From contig CANRFG010000004.1 of NCBI GenBank assembly GCA_947629815.1, forward strand, positions 266 through 64,265: DNA of 64,000 nucleotides, in the 5' to 3' direction. The translations under genes and the position numbers were made by a program. The notes below the pieces were generated by a model. It did not search any database. It was not told the DNA's origin and worked only from the letters and a program-made list of their open reading frames with translations. Shown in pieces: positions 34,855 to 45,596 of this stretch. Origin of the DNA: an uncultured Bacilli bacterium. GTDB lineage: Bacteria; Bacillota_I; Bacilli_A; RF39; UBA660. Position 1 is the stretch's first letter; each line of letters begins with the position of its first letter.

Positions 34855-35397
34855 TTATAGTCTGAAATCATTTATTATTTCGTCGTCCATATTTTTTCCA
34901 TCATAATAAGTTTTCTTCTTGAATCTAAATATTAAAGCAACAAGTACAGATGGAAAGCAATTAACATATTTATTATAATCAGTTATGATATCATTATAAT
35001 ACTTTCTTAATGCAGACATTTCAACTTCAGATTGACGAATTGTTAAATCTATTTTCATGAATTCCTCATTATCTCTTAAATTACTATGTCTTTCTTTAAA
35101 TGTATTGAATTCATTAATACAATCATATAATTTTCTATCTAATTCAAAATTAGTTAATTTTTTACTTCTTAAGTTAGCTATGTTTTCTAATACTTCAGTT
35201 TCTTTAGTATTTTCTTTTATAATATTTATTGATTTATTTAAAAGGTCATATCTTTTTCTTAATGTAGAATCTATATTTGCTTCAGCTTCATTTGCTCTTA
35301 TAATAAATTCTTGAAATCTGTTATAACAACCAACTGCCCATAGAGCAATTAAGCCTAATATAGCTATTACAAATAAACCTACCATAAAAAAATTCAT
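34855..35397 (-). CDS. lemA: LemA family protein
   Basis: N-terminal TM plus CYNRFQEFIIRANEAEANIDSTLRKRYDLL signature. Confidence 0.8.
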   Translation of the reverse strand: MNFFMVGLFVIAILGLIALWAVGCYNRFQEFIIRANEAEANIDSTLRKRYDLLNKSINIIKENTKETEVLENIANLRSKKLTNFELDRKLYDCINEFNTFKERHSNLRDNEEFMKIDLTIRQSEVEMSALRKYYNDIITDYNKYVNCFPSVLVALIFRFKKKTYYDGKNMDDEIINDFRL

Positions 35398-35438
35398 ACT
35401 ATCACCTTAAATAATTATAACAAACAAGTGTTTAAAAA

Positions 35439-35792
35439 TCAATTATTTGGTATAAATTCTTGGCTATAGTTTATTTTTTCTTCAAATGTTATAAAGTCAA
35501 CATATATCATTAATAATAAGTACCAAGCTCCTGTTGTTGGGTCACTTAATATTATATGGTCCCTTCCAGATTGTTCTATAACTCCACGAAATTCTCTGTC
35601 CCTAAACTCATTAGAATCTGGGAAGGTCATATGTACAGTAACCTTTTTACCTTTGTTTAATCTTAAAATATTTTCAATATAAGATTGTTCCATTGGCAAC
35701 TCAGTATTGGTTACTATTGATTGGTTAGGTGTTGGTACATTTCCTGCATATAATGGATTACCCGGAAATATATTTTTATAAGCATTATTCAC
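35439..35792 (-). CDS. gerQ: Spore coat protein GerQ
   Basis: QSYIENILRLNKGKKVTVHMTF...FRGVIEQSGRDHIILSDP..YLLLMIYVDFITFEE matches GerQ. Likely GTG start 35792 after AAAGGAA. The longer ORF to 35891 would overlap the divergent pduL-like gene. Confidence 0.65.
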   Translation of the reverse strand: MNNAYKNIFPGNPLYAGNVPTPNQSIVTNTELPMEQSYIENILRLNKGKKVTVHMTFPDSNEFRDREFRGVIEQSGRDHIILSDPTTGAWYLLLMIYVDFITFEEKINYSQEFIPNN

Positions 35793-35866
35793 AAAATCAT
35801 TCCTTTCATTTAAGTATATTAATAATATATAAAAATATGATATAATCATTGTGGAGAGTGAAATAA

Positions 35867-36433
35867 ATGGAAATAAAAGTAGGTGTTTCAAATAGACATA
35901 TTCATTTATGTAAAGAAGATTTAGAAAAACTATTTGGAAATAATTATGAACTTGTAAAATTAAAAGATTTAACTCAGCCAGGTCAATTTGCTTGTAATGA
36001 AGTAGTTACAATAAAGACTGAAAAAAATGAAATTGAAAAAGTTAGAGTAGTAGGACCTGTTAGAAATTATACACAAGTAGAAATTTCAAAAACAGATGCA
36101 TATATTTTAGGAATCAATCCTCCTATTAGAGATTCAGGAGACTTAAAAAATAGTAGTGGTATTACTGTAATAGGACCAAAAGGAAGTATTGATTTAAAAG
36201 AAGGCTGTATTATACCTAACAGACATATACATGTAACAAAAGAAGATATAAAAAAATATAATTTAGACGAATCTAAATTATATGATGTAATAATAAAAGG
36301 TGAAAAAGGTGGAGTAATAAGTAAAGTTAAACTTAAAGTAGACGACAATTATTTATTTGAATTACATATAGATACTGATGACGCTAATGCACACCTTGTT
36401 AAAAATGGAGATATATTAGAACTTAAAAATTAA
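35867..36433 (+). CDS. PduL-like phosphate acyltransferase (PTAC family)
   Basis: Two PduL repeats: VGVSNRHIHLCKEDLE and CIIPNRHIHVTKEDIK. Confidence 0.7.
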   Translation: MEIKVGVSNRHIHLCKEDLEKLFGNNYELVKLKDLTQPGQFACNEVVTIKTEKNEIEKVRVVGPVRNYTQVEISKTDAYILGINPPIRDSGDLKNSSGITVIGPKGSIDLKEGCIIPNRHIHVTKEDIKKYNLDESKLYDVIIKGEKGGVISKVKLKVDDNYLFELHIDTDDANAHLVKNGDILELKN

Positions 36434-38403
36434 TTTTCATATTTTATAGTAGGAATTGAATCATCTAAAGAAACTTCTTTAGCAGTAGGTTCAGTTCCTT
36501 TTATGTAGTAAAGTATTTTTTTGTTCTTACTTTCTTCAGTTGCAAGTTCTCCATTTATAGGATTTACTAAAACTCCAACTACATTTGAAGGAATTTCATA
36601 CCAATTATCTTTTTTATCTTTAAGACAACCTTCTATTGTTTCTAACCATATATTTTGTGATATTTTTTTATCTTCACTAGGTGTTGGTTTATTATCATCA
36701 TATCCTGTCCAAACTCCTACTACTAAATCTTTATTATATCCAAATATTAATCTATCATAATCTGTAGTACCTGTTTTAATAGCGTATTTTTTAGTCATTT
36801 TATCTTTATAATTTATCATAGTAGGGTAACTATAATCATTAAAACTAGGAGAATAAGTATTTGTTAAAAGTTCATTTAAAATAAACACTAAACTTTTATT
36901 TAATACATTTGTTTTTTCTTCTTCATGTTGATATAAAATATTTCCATCTAAATCTGTAACTTTTTCTATTAGATATCCATCTACTTTATATCCTTCGTTA
37001 GCGAATGTTGAGTATGCTTCTGTCATATCAATTAAGTTTATTTCTTGTGAACCTAAAGCTAAAGATGGTATTGGGTCTAGTTTTTCATCTATTCCAATTC
37101 TATTTGCAAAATTAACAAGTGTTTCTTCACCTAAAAATAAGTGTGTTTTAACTGCATATATATTGTCAGAATAAGCGATAGCAGCAGCCATTGTTATAGG
37201 TTTTTCTGCATAAATGTTTCCATAATTTTGTGGACTATAAGTTTTATCATAAGAAAAAGTAAAGGTAGTTTTTTCACTCGTAAAAGTAGTACTTGAAGTA
37301 AATCCATTTTCAAGTGCTGCATAGTATAAAAATGGTTTCATTGTTGAACCTACTTGTCTTTTTGAATTAACAGCTCTGTTATATTGACTTTTAGAATAAT
37401 TTTTCCCACCTACGAGCGCTAAAATCTTACCTGTATTTGGGTCCATTACAACGCTAGCGACTTGTATCTCAGCATTTTCACTTGTGTTTTTAGTAACACT
37501 TTCTTCTAATATTTTTTGATATTCTAAATTAATATTTGTATATATTTTTAATCCACCTGTTTCTAAAAATGAAGTTGGAATTGTTTTAATACTTTTTAAT
37601 TCTTCAATAACAGCATCTTGATAATACATTACAGATGACATATCATTTAATGGATTCCTTCCATAAAATACTAATTCTTCATTTAGAGCATCATTTTTTT
37701 CTTCTTGAGTTATATATTTATTTTCAACCATAGAATTTAAAATTAATTTTTGTCTTGCTTTTGCATTTTCTAAATTAGATATTGGATTGTAATAAACAGG
37801 CGATTTAGGTATTCCAGCAAGTATTGTTGCTTCAGCTAAAGTTAAATCCTTGCTACTTTTATTAAAATAGTATAAAGAAGCATTTTCTATACCAAAAACT
37901 CCACCATAGTTAATAGTATTTAAATATCCTTCTAGTATTTCATCTTTAGAATAGTGAGATTCTAATCTAATAGTAAGCCAAGCTTCTTCTATTTTTCTTT
38001 CCCAAGTTTTATCAAAAGTTAAAAATAAATTTTTTGCGTACTGTTGTGTAATCGTGGAAGCCCCTTGCATATTTTTCCCACTTTTAAAATCAATATATAA
38101 AGATTTAAGTATTCTTAAATAGTCAAAACCTATATGTTCGTAAAAATGTTTATCTTCAATAGATATAGTTGCGTTTATTAAATTTTGTGAAATATCACCT
38201 AGACTAACCCAATTATCATTATTTCCATTGTATAAATTTTCGTCTACATCATAAAAATAATAATTGTTAGCTGAATTTATGGAAAGTTTAGGAGTGAGTC
38301 TTGCATATACATATAATCCTATATAAAATAAAAGTAAAATACCAATTATAATTAAAAAAGTAATAAATATTTTTTTTAAGACTTTCATTTTATCACGCAC
38401 CAT
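36430..38403 (-). CDS. Class A penicillin-binding protein (glycosyltransferase + transpeptidase)
   Basis: GT51 motif GASTITQQYAKN. Transpeptidase SxxK STMKPF. KTGT. N-terminal TM. Start could be the Met 5 codons downstream. Confidence 0.8.
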   Translation of the reverse strand: MVRDKMKVLKKIFITFLIIIGILLLFYIGLYVYARLTPKLSINSANNYYFYDVDENLYNGNNDNWVSLGDISQNLINATISIEDKHFYEHIGFDYLRILKSLYIDFKSGKNMQGASTITQQYAKNLFLTFDKTWERKIEEAWLTIRLESHYSKDEILEGYLNTINYGGVFGIENASLYYFNKSSKDLTLAEATILAGIPKSPVYYNPISNLENAKARQKLILNSMVENKYITQEEKNDALNEELVFYGRNPLNDMSSVMYYQDAVIEELKSIKTIPTSFLETGGLKIYTNINLEYQKILEESVTKNTSENAEIQVASVVMDPNTGKILALVGGKNYSKSQYNRAVNSKRQVGSTMKPFLYYAALENGFTSSTTFTSEKTTFTFSYDKTYSPQNYGNIYAEKPITMAAAIAYSDNIYAVKTHLFLGEETLVNFANRIGIDEKLDPIPSLALGSQEINLIDMTEAYSTFANEGYKVDGYLIEKVTDLDGNILYQHEEEKTNVLNKSLVFILNELLTNTYSPSFNDYSYPTMINYKDKMTKKYAIKTGTTDYDRLIFGYNKDLVVGVWTGYDDNKPTPSEDKKISQNIWLETIEGCLKDKKDNWYEIPSNVVGVLVNPINGELATEESKNKKILYYIKGTEPTAKEVSLDDSIPTIKYEN

Positions 38404-38532
38404 TCTATTGTTATTATTAATAAAATCAACAATTTTATAATAAAAATTAAAACTAATATAAAAAAATTTAAAATATTAGTTGCAAATATCTAGATGTATG
38501 CTATAATTAATGCGGGAAAAAGTAGGTGATGT

Positions 38533-38895
38533 ATGTCAAAAATAAATATAAAAGTTTCACTTACTTGTAATGAAAGTATAATATATAATGACCATAAGTT
38601 TATAGGAATAAAAACATCAAATGAAATAAAATACAAAGAAAATGATGTAATGGTTACTATTAAAATAAATGAAAATCAAATTGAAATTCAAAGACGAAAT
38701 AATGAATATAAATTAGATTTAATTTTCATTGAAAATAAAGAAACAACTTGTTTATATGAACTTAATAAATATGGTACTATAAAGTTAGAATTATTTACAA
38801 AAAAAATAATTTGTGATAATCATATTAGTATAGAATATTATATAAATAAACAAGATGAACTTTATAAATTTGATTTATACTATGAGGTGATATAG
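38533..38895 (+). CDS. DUF1934-like small protein upstream of argS
   Basis: About 120 aa. Position immediately upstream of and abutting argS, as with ywiB-type genes in Firmicutes. AGGTGA RBS. Confidence 0.45.
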   Translation: MSKINIKVSLTCNESIIYNDHKFIGIKTSNEIKYKENDVMVTIKINENQIEIQRRNNEYKLDLIFIENKETTCLYELNKYGTIKLELFTKKIICDNHISIEYYINKQDELYKFDLYYEVI

Positions 38896-40565
38896 TGGAC
38901 ATAAAAGAACAATTAAAAAATGATGTATATGAAGTATTAAAAGATTATGTAAAAAAAGAAGACATAATAATAGAAAAACCTAAAATAAGGGAAATGGGAG
39001 ATTATGCTTTACCTTGTTTTACATATTCAAAAATACTTAGAAAATCTCCAAATGATATAGCTAATTTAATAAAAGAAAATCTAAAAAATTATGAAATTAA
39101 TGTAATAAATGGATATGCTAATGTATTTATAAATAAAAAAGATTTTTCTAAAAATATATTAAATAAAATATTACTTGATAAAGAAAATTATGGTAGTTCA
39201 AATATAGGCAATAATAAAAAAATAGTAATTGAATATTCATCCCCTAATGTAGCGAAACCATTTGGAGTAGGACATTTAAGAAGCACTGCAATAGGTGAGG
39301 CTTTAAAAAATATATGCTTAAAAACAGGATATAAAGTTTATACAATAAATTACTTAGGTGATTATGGAACACAATTTGGGAAACTTATATATGCTTATAA
39401 AAAATGGGGAAATGAAGAAGAAGTTAAAAAAAATCCAATTGTCGAACTTAAAAAACTTTATGTTAAGTTTCATGATGAAGCAAGTATTAATCCATCTCTT
39501 GAAGATGAAGGAAGAAAATGGTTTAAAAAGTTAGCTGAAAATGATAGTGAGGCTTTAGAACTTTGGAATTGGTTTAAAGAAGAATCAATAAAAGAATATG
39601 AAAAAACTTATAATTTGTTAGGAATAAATAAATTTGATTCATATATAGGGGAATCATATTATAAAGATGCTTGTAATGATGTTGTAAAAGAAATAGAACA
39701 AAAAGGTCTTTCTAAAATAAGTGAAGGCGCAACCATAGTTGATTTAGGAGAAGATAAAGTACCTGCTATTATTAAAAAAAGTGATGGAACTACTCTTTAT
39801 ATAACTAGGGATATTGCTGCTTTATTAGATAGAAAAAAAACATATGATTTTGATGAGATGTTATATGTAGTAGGAACTGAACAAAAGTTGCATTTTGAAC
39901 AATTAAAAGAAGTATTAAATAAAATGGGATATGATTATAATATTACTCATATTGGATTTGGAATGGTTTTACAAGATGGTAAGAAAATGTCTACTAGAGG
40001 AGGTAAAACTGCTTCATTAGAAAGTTTATTAAATGATTCTATTGATTTAGCGCGAAAAATAATAGATGAAAAAAATCCTAATTTAAAAAATAAGGAAGAA
40101 GTTATAAAACAAGTAGGTGTAGGCGCTGTAATATTTAATGATTTAAAAAATTATAGAATTAATGACATAGAATTTAAATTAGAGGATATATTAAAATTTG
40201 AAGGTGAAACAGGTCCTTATGTTCAATATACACATGCAAGGATAAATTCACTTATAAAAAATATGAATAATATTAACATAAATTATGATTTAATAAATAT
40301 TAATGAATATGAATGGAATGTATTATTTAGTCTAGGGGAATTTAAAGATGTTATTGTTAAATCAAAACTTAATTATGACCCTAGTTTGATTGCTAAATAC
40401 ATTATTGATTTAGCTCAAGATTTTAATAAGTTATATGCTAATTATAAATTTATAATTGAAGATGAAAATTTAATGGAATTTAGATTACAAATAGCTTATT
40501 GTACTAAAATAATTCTTAAAGAAGGAATGCGTTTACTTGGAATAAATGCACCAGATGAAATGTAG
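38895..40565 (+). CDS. argS: Arginyl-tRNA synthetase
   Basis: SSPNVAKPFGVGHLRST (HIGH region). Class I core. C-terminal DALR-like domain. GTG start after GAGGTGA. Confidence 0.9.
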   Translation: MDIKEQLKNDVYEVLKDYVKKEDIIIEKPKIREMGDYALPCFTYSKILRKSPNDIANLIKENLKNYEINVINGYANVFINKKDFSKNILNKILLDKENYGSSNIGNNKKIVIEYSSPNVAKPFGVGHLRSTAIGEALKNICLKTGYKVYTINYLGDYGTQFGKLIYAYKKWGNEEEVKKNPIVELKKLYVKFHDEASINPSLEDEGRKWFKKLAENDSEALELWNWFKEESIKEYEKTYNLLGINKFDSYIGESYYKDACNDVVKEIEQKGLSKISEGATIVDLGEDKVPAIIKKSDGTTLYITRDIAALLDRKKTYDFDEMLYVVGTEQKLHFEQLKEVLNKMGYDYNITHIGFGMVLQDGKKMSTRGGKTASLESLLNDSIDLARKIIDEKNPNLKNKEEVIKQVGVGAVIFNDLKNYRINDIEFKLEDILKFEGETGPYVQYTHARINSLIKNMNNININYDLININEYEWNVLFSLGEFKDVIVKSKLNYDPSLIAKYIIDLAQDFNKLYANYKFIIEDENLMEFRLQIAYCTKIILKEGMRLLGINAPDEM

Positions 40566-40575
40566 GAGGGAAAAT

Positions 40576-41016
40576 ATGAAATTAAAAAACATGACTAAGG
40601 AAGAAATTGAGGCTCTTTCTTATACTGATTTAACTTTTATTTTATTAACTGAAAACAAGAAACCAATGTCAACAGCAGAAATTTTTAAAAAAATATGTGA
40701 ACTTTTAGATTTTACTGATGAAGAATATTCAGAAAAAATAGGAGATTTTTATACATCACTTACTATAGATAAAAGATTTGTTTTACTTGATGACGCTAAA
40801 TGGGATTTAAGACAAAACCATGCAATAGAAATAACTGTTGATGAAGATGATGAGGAAGTAGAAGATGAAGAAGAACAAGAAGAAGATGTAGAGGATGACG
40901 AAATGGAAGAAGACGATAGTATAGAAGATTCTATAGATGATGAAGATATAGATGTAGATGATGATTTAGATGATTTATCAGTATTACCAGATGAAGAATT
41001 AGAAGAAGAAAGCTAA
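40576..41016 (+). CDS. rpoE: RNA polymerase delta subunit
   Basis: N-terminal HARE-HTH-like domain matching RpoE. Highly acidic D/E C-terminal tail. Confidence 0.8.
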   Translation: MKLKNMTKEEIEALSYTDLTFILLTENKKPMSTAEIFKKICELLDFTDEEYSEKIGDFYTSLTIDKRFVLLDDAKWDLRQNHAIEITVDEDDEEVEDEEEQEEDVEDDEMEEDDSIEDSIDDEDIDVDDDLDDLSVLPDEELEEES

Positions 41017-41126
41017 TTCTTTTTTTTAATGTGAAATTATAATTATTGTAAAATAACATATATTATGGTATCATGTATAATGAATTTTAATTAATAAATT
41101 TTATTAATTTGTTGAGGAGAAAAAAT

Positions 41127-42182
41127 ATGATAGAGAGATTAGATGCTATAGAAAAAAGATATAATGAATTATCAGAAGAAATGGTTAAACCAGATGTCAT
41201 TTCAGATATTAAAAAAACACTTGAATTAACTAAAGAACAATCTTCACTTAAAGATGCATATGAGATATATCAAACATATAAAACAGTTTTATCAGATATT
41301 TCAACTGCAAAAGAAATGGTAAAAGACCCAGAAATGAGCGAATTTGCTAAAGAAGAACTAAATACTTTAGAAGAAAAAAAATCAAAATTAGAAAATGAAA
41401 TAGAAATACTTTTATTACCAAAAGACCCTAACGACAATAAAAATGTTATAGTTGAAATAAGAGGAGCAGCAGGTGGAGATGAAGGAAATATATTTGCTGG
41501 AGACTTATTTGATATGTATAAAAAATATTGTGAAAATAATGGTTGGAAAGTAGAAGTATTAGAAGAAGAAAAATCAGAAGCAGGTGGATATTCATTAATA
41601 AGTTTTTCAGTAAAAGGTGATAATGTTTATTCTAAACTAAAATACGAAAGTGGAGCGCATAGAGTACAGAGAGTACCTGTAACAGAAACACAAGGGAGAG
41701 TACATACATCAACTGCAACAGTTCTTGTAATGCCTGAAGCAGAGGAAGTCGATTTTGAACTAGACATGAACGAAGTTAGAATCGATATTACAAGAAGTAG
41801 TGGATGTGGAGGACAAGGCGTTAATACAACAGATTCAGCAGTAAGACTTACACATATACCAACAGGAATTGTTGTTTATTCTCAAACTGAAAGAAGTCAA
41901 ATAAAAAATAAAGAAAAAGCTATTAAAATTTTACAAACTAGATTATATGATTTAAAAATGCAAGAAAGAGAAAAAGAATTAGGAGAAGAAAGAAAAAGTA
42001 AAATAGGTACAGGTGACCGTTCAGAAAAAATAAGAACATACAATTATCCACAAAATAGAGTAACAGACCATAGAATTGGATTTACATTAAATACTCTTGA
42101 TAGAGTAATGAATGGTGAAATAGGTAAAGTTATAGATGCACTTATAGTAGAAGACCAAAATAGAAAATTAAGAGGAGAATGA
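41127..42182 (+). CDS. prfA: Peptide chain release factor 1
   Basis: PVT tripeptide, GGQ (SGCGGQGVNTTDSAVR). GAGGAG RBS at ATG 41127. Confidence 0.9.
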   Translation: MIERLDAIEKRYNELSEEMVKPDVISDIKKTLELTKEQSSLKDAYEIYQTYKTVLSDISTAKEMVKDPEMSEFAKEELNTLEEKKSKLENEIEILLLPKDPNDNKNVIVEIRGAAGGDEGNIFAGDLFDMYKKYCENNGWKVEVLEEEKSEAGGYSLISFSVKGDNVYSKLKYESGAHRVQRVPVTETQGRVHTSTATVLVMPEAEEVDFELDMNEVRIDITRSSGCGGQGVNTTDSAVRLTHIPTGIVVYSQTERSQIKNKEKAIKILQTRLYDLKMQEREKELGEERKSKIGTGDRSEKIRTYNYPQNRVTDHRIGFTLNTLDRVMNGEIGKVIDALIVEDQNRKLRGE

Positions 42183-42238
42183 CAAAATATTTTGTCATTT
42201 TAATTTATGTGGTATAATTTTATATAGTAGGTGATAGT

Positions 42239-43315
42239 ATGAGTAAAAGAGAAGCAGTGTTAGATAATAAATGTCCAAATTGTGGCGCTACCCTTGCTTT
42301 TGACCCTAAAATAGGAAAATGGAGTTGCAAATATTGTGATGGTGTATTTACACTAGAAGAATTACAAAAACATAATAATGCAAGTTCTGTTAAAAATAAT
42401 GCAAATGAAAATAAAGACGATGTAGATATTTCACATGTTTCATATCATTGTAATAATTGTGGAGCAGAAATAATTGCAGATGAACAAACAGCTGCAACAT
42501 TTTGTGTTTATTGTGGAAATACTGCTATACTTAAAAGTAAATTATCAAATAAATTCGCACCAAATAGAATAATACCTTTTAAAACAGAAAAAAAACAAGC
42601 AATAGAAGCCTTTAAAAAATTAGCGAAAGGAAAACCTCTAGTTCCAAAAGATTTTGTAAGCGAAAAAAACATAGAAAAAATAAGAGGAATTTATATACCA
42701 TTTTGGTTATATGACATAAAAGTAGAAGGAAACTTAGATTGTGATGCACAAAAAATAAGCACATGGACTGTTGGAAATACTCATTATACAAAAACAAGTA
42801 TATATAAATTATATAGAGCAGGGTCTATGGAATTTTATGGTGTACCTGTAGATGGCTCTACTAGATTTGCAAACGATATTATGAATACAATAGAACCATT
42901 TAGGTATGAAGATTTAACAGAATATAATCATGCTTATTTGTCAGGATTTTATGCTGAAAAATACGATGTAAATTCAGATACAGCATTTGAAGATGCTAAA
43001 AAAAGAAGTTTAGAATCAGCTAAAGAAATAATGATGAATGATAGTTTAGGATATACATCAAAAGTTGTTACTCAAAATACTTTATCTCCTTCTATTACAA
43101 AAACAGAATATATATTACTTCCTGTTTGGATGGTTAATGTAAAGTATAAAAATGAAATGTATCTTTTCGCAATGAATGGTCAAACAGGTGAGTTTGTAGG
43201 TAATATACCTCTTGATAAAACAAAAGCAGTAGTGTATGGAATAATAACTTTTGTAATATCTGTTTTAATTTGTATATTAGTTAGTTACTTGATATTTTTA
43301 GGTGGAGGGTATTAA
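42239..43315 (+). CDS. Double zinc-ribbon protein with C-terminal TM (YdjG-like)
   Basis: CPNCG..CKYCDG and CNNCG..CVYCGN. C-terminal hydrophobic anchor. Confidence 0.55.
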   Translation: MSKREAVLDNKCPNCGATLAFDPKIGKWSCKYCDGVFTLEELQKHNNASSVKNNANENKDDVDISHVSYHCNNCGAEIIADEQTAATFCVYCGNTAILKSKLSNKFAPNRIIPFKTEKKQAIEAFKKLAKGKPLVPKDFVSEKNIEKIRGIYIPFWLYDIKVEGNLDCDAQKISTWTVGNTHYTKTSIYKLYRAGSMEFYGVPVDGSTRFANDIMNTIEPFRYEDLTEYNHAYLSGFYAEKYDVNSDTAFEDAKKRSLESAKEIMMNDSLGYTSKVVTQNTLSPSITKTEYILLPVWMVNVKYKNEMYLFAMNGQTGEFVGNIPLDKTKAVVYGIITFVISVLICILVSYLIFLGGGY

Positions 43316-43316
43316 T

Positions 43317-44249
43317 ATGAAAACAATTAAAAAAATTATATGCTTATTTATAGTATTTTTTACAGGTATTACAATATCTAATGCATCAACACAAACTTTT
43401 GATAGACAACAACTTAATAATTATGGTGTAAATAAAAAATGGAATATAAATTCTAATAATTTATCAAATGTTTTAAACACATATAAAGTAGATGCAAGCG
43501 AAAAAATATATGATTATTCTGATATATTAACAGATGAAGAAGAAAAAGAATTATATGATAAAATAAATAAATTTATAAGTAAAACAAATATAGATATGGT
43601 TCTTGTTTCAGTAGATTTACCATATTATAGTGATAAAACAAATGAAGACTTTGCTGCTGATTTTTATGACTATAATGATTTTGGAATAGATTTTAAAAAT
43701 TATAGTGGAGTTTTACTATTAAGAAATACATATGAAAAGGATCCTTATTTTAATATATATACATTTGGGGATGCACAATTATATTTTTCATATAATAGAT
43801 TAGAAAGAACCTTAGATTATATATATAGTGATTTTCATAGTGGGTATTATTATGATGGAATTGATACATTTATAAATAGAATGACTTCATATTATAATTC
43901 AGGAATACCAAATGAAATGAAAGGATACAAAGTAAATGAAGATGGATATTTATATAAAATATATAGAGTGCCATTTATACCTGTTATATTAATATCTGGA
44001 ATAATTACTTTAATCTCTACTTTAATAATGGTACATAAAAATAAAATGGTCTTTACTGCTAAAAAAGCAACAGAATATTTAGATAAGAGTACAATTAACT
44101 ATACGAACAAACAAGATAATTTTATAACTTCTCATACTAGTAGTTATGTAATGTCTTCATCAAGTGGTGGTTCTGGTGGAGGAAGTTCTCATTCTTCTGG
44201 TGGAAGTAGTGGTGTAGGCCATAGTTCTGGTGGAGGACGCCATGGATAA
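43317..44249 (+). CDS. TPM-domain protein (YgcG/YdjH-like) with TM and Gly/Ser-rich tail
   Basis: Signal/TM. YDYSDILTDEEEKELYDKI is typical of TPM. C-terminal SSGGSGGGSSHSSGG. Confidence 0.7.
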   Translation: MKTIKKIICLFIVFFTGITISNASTQTFDRQQLNNYGVNKKWNINSNNLSNVLNTYKVDASEKIYDYSDILTDEEEKELYDKINKFISKTNIDMVLVSVDLPYYSDKTNEDFAADFYDYNDFGIDFKNYSGVLLLRNTYEKDPYFNIYTFGDAQLYFSYNRLERTLDYIYSDFHSGYYYDGIDTFINRMTSYYNSGIPNEMKGYKVNEDGYLYKIYRVPFIPVILISGIITLISTLIMVHKNKMVFTAKKATEYLDKSTINYTNKQDNFITSHTSSYVMSSSSGGSGGGSSHSSGGSSGVGHSSGGGRHG

Positions 44250-44298
44250 AAATATTGATTATTTCAATATTTTTTTTTATAATTAAAATGGTGGTATT

Positions 44299-45018
44299 AT
44301 GACTGATATAGAATATTTGAAAAAATATTTACCTAGTGATGAATTAGAAGAAGGAATAAAAAAATTAAAAAAAGGAATTCCTGTACAATATATAGTTGGT
44401 AATGTAGATTTCTATGGATATAAAATAAATGTCAATAAAAATGTTTTAATACCAAGATTTGAAACAGAACAATTAGTTTCTATAACAATCGATTATATAA
44501 ATAAAATGTTTGATAAAAAGATAAATATTTTAGATATAGGAACAGGTAGTGGTTGTATTTCCATAGCTTTGAAAAAAAAGCTTAATGCAGATGTAACTGC
44601 AATAGATATATCAGATGAAGCTTTAGAAGTTGCTATTAATAATGCAAAAGAAAATGATTGTGAAATAAATTTTATTAAGAGTGATTTATTTAACAATGTA
44701 CATGATAAATATGATGTTATAATAAGCAACCCACCATATATAAGTTATGATGAAGAAATAATGGATATAGTTAAAAATAATGAACCACACATTGCTCTTT
44801 ATGCTGAAGATAATGGATTATATTTTTATGAACAGATAATAAGTAAGTGTAGTAGTTATTTAAAAGAGAAAAGTATTATTGCTTTTGAAATAGGATACAC
44901 TCAAGCTTCAGCAATAAGTAAGATAGCTAAAATATATTTTCCAACATCAAAAATAATAGTAGAAAAAGATTTACAAGGAAAAGATAGGTTTTTATTTATA
45001 ATAAATAAAGGAGATTAG
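44299..45018 (+). CDS. prmC: Release factor glutamine N5-methyltransferase PrmC/HemK
   Basis: NPPY motif (ISNPPYIS). SAM-binding DIGTGSGCI. Confidence 0.8.
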   Translation: MTDIEYLKKYLPSDELEEGIKKLKKGIPVQYIVGNVDFYGYKINVNKNVLIPRFETEQLVSITIDYINKMFDKKINILDIGTGSGCISIALKKKLNADVTAIDISDEALEVAINNAKENDCEINFIKSDLFNNVHDKYDVIISNPPYISYDEEIMDIVKNNEPHIALYAEDNGLYFYEQIISKCSSYLKEKSIIAFEIGYTQASAISKIAKIYFPTSKIIVEKDLQGKDRFLFIINKGD

Positions 45019-45019
45019 T

Positions 45020-45496
45020 ATGAAGAATGAAATTAATATAACTATAGATAATAAAAATGATTTTTACAATAAATTTGATAATACTAAATTATCAGAAGAT
45101 TTAGGTAATTATATTCATTCCCAAAGTTTAGGAATGACACTTAAAAATAATTTTGTAATAAACATTAAAACTAGTTTTAAATTAAGTTCTAAAGAAATAA
45201 ATGATATAACTGATATGATTAGACAATATTTTGGTTTACAAGTACAAGAAACACTTATATATAATAAATTTGATAACTTAAAAAGAATTTTTTTGTCTAT
45301 TTTAGGAATAATACTTATTTTTATTTCACACTTTGTAGAAATAAAAAATGAGTTTCTAATTTCTGAAGTATTTTTAATAGTAGGTTGGGGAGCAATATGG
45401 GAAGTATTTGATAATGTACTTCTTAGTAATAATAAACAAAAATATAATTTAAAGTTATTAAAAAAATTAGTTAAAAGTAAAATTTCATTTGTATAG
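45020..45496 (+). CDS. Hypothetical membrane protein
   Basis: AAAGGAG RBS. Two C-terminal TM helices. Confidence 0.45.
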   Translation: MKNEINITIDNKNDFYNKFDNTKLSEDLGNYIHSQSLGMTLKNNFVINIKTSFKLSSKEINDITDMIRQYFGLQVQETLIYNKFDNLKRIFLSILGIILIFISHFVEIKNEFLISEVFLIVGWGAIWEVFDNVLLSNNKQKYNLKLLKKLVKSKISFV

Positions 45497-45596
45497 ATTT
45501 ATCAAAGTTACATTTCCATATAAAAATCATAAGTTTGAATTTGATATAGGTATAAAAATAGTGTAAAATGTAGTTGTAAAAAAGGAGTGAATTAAA

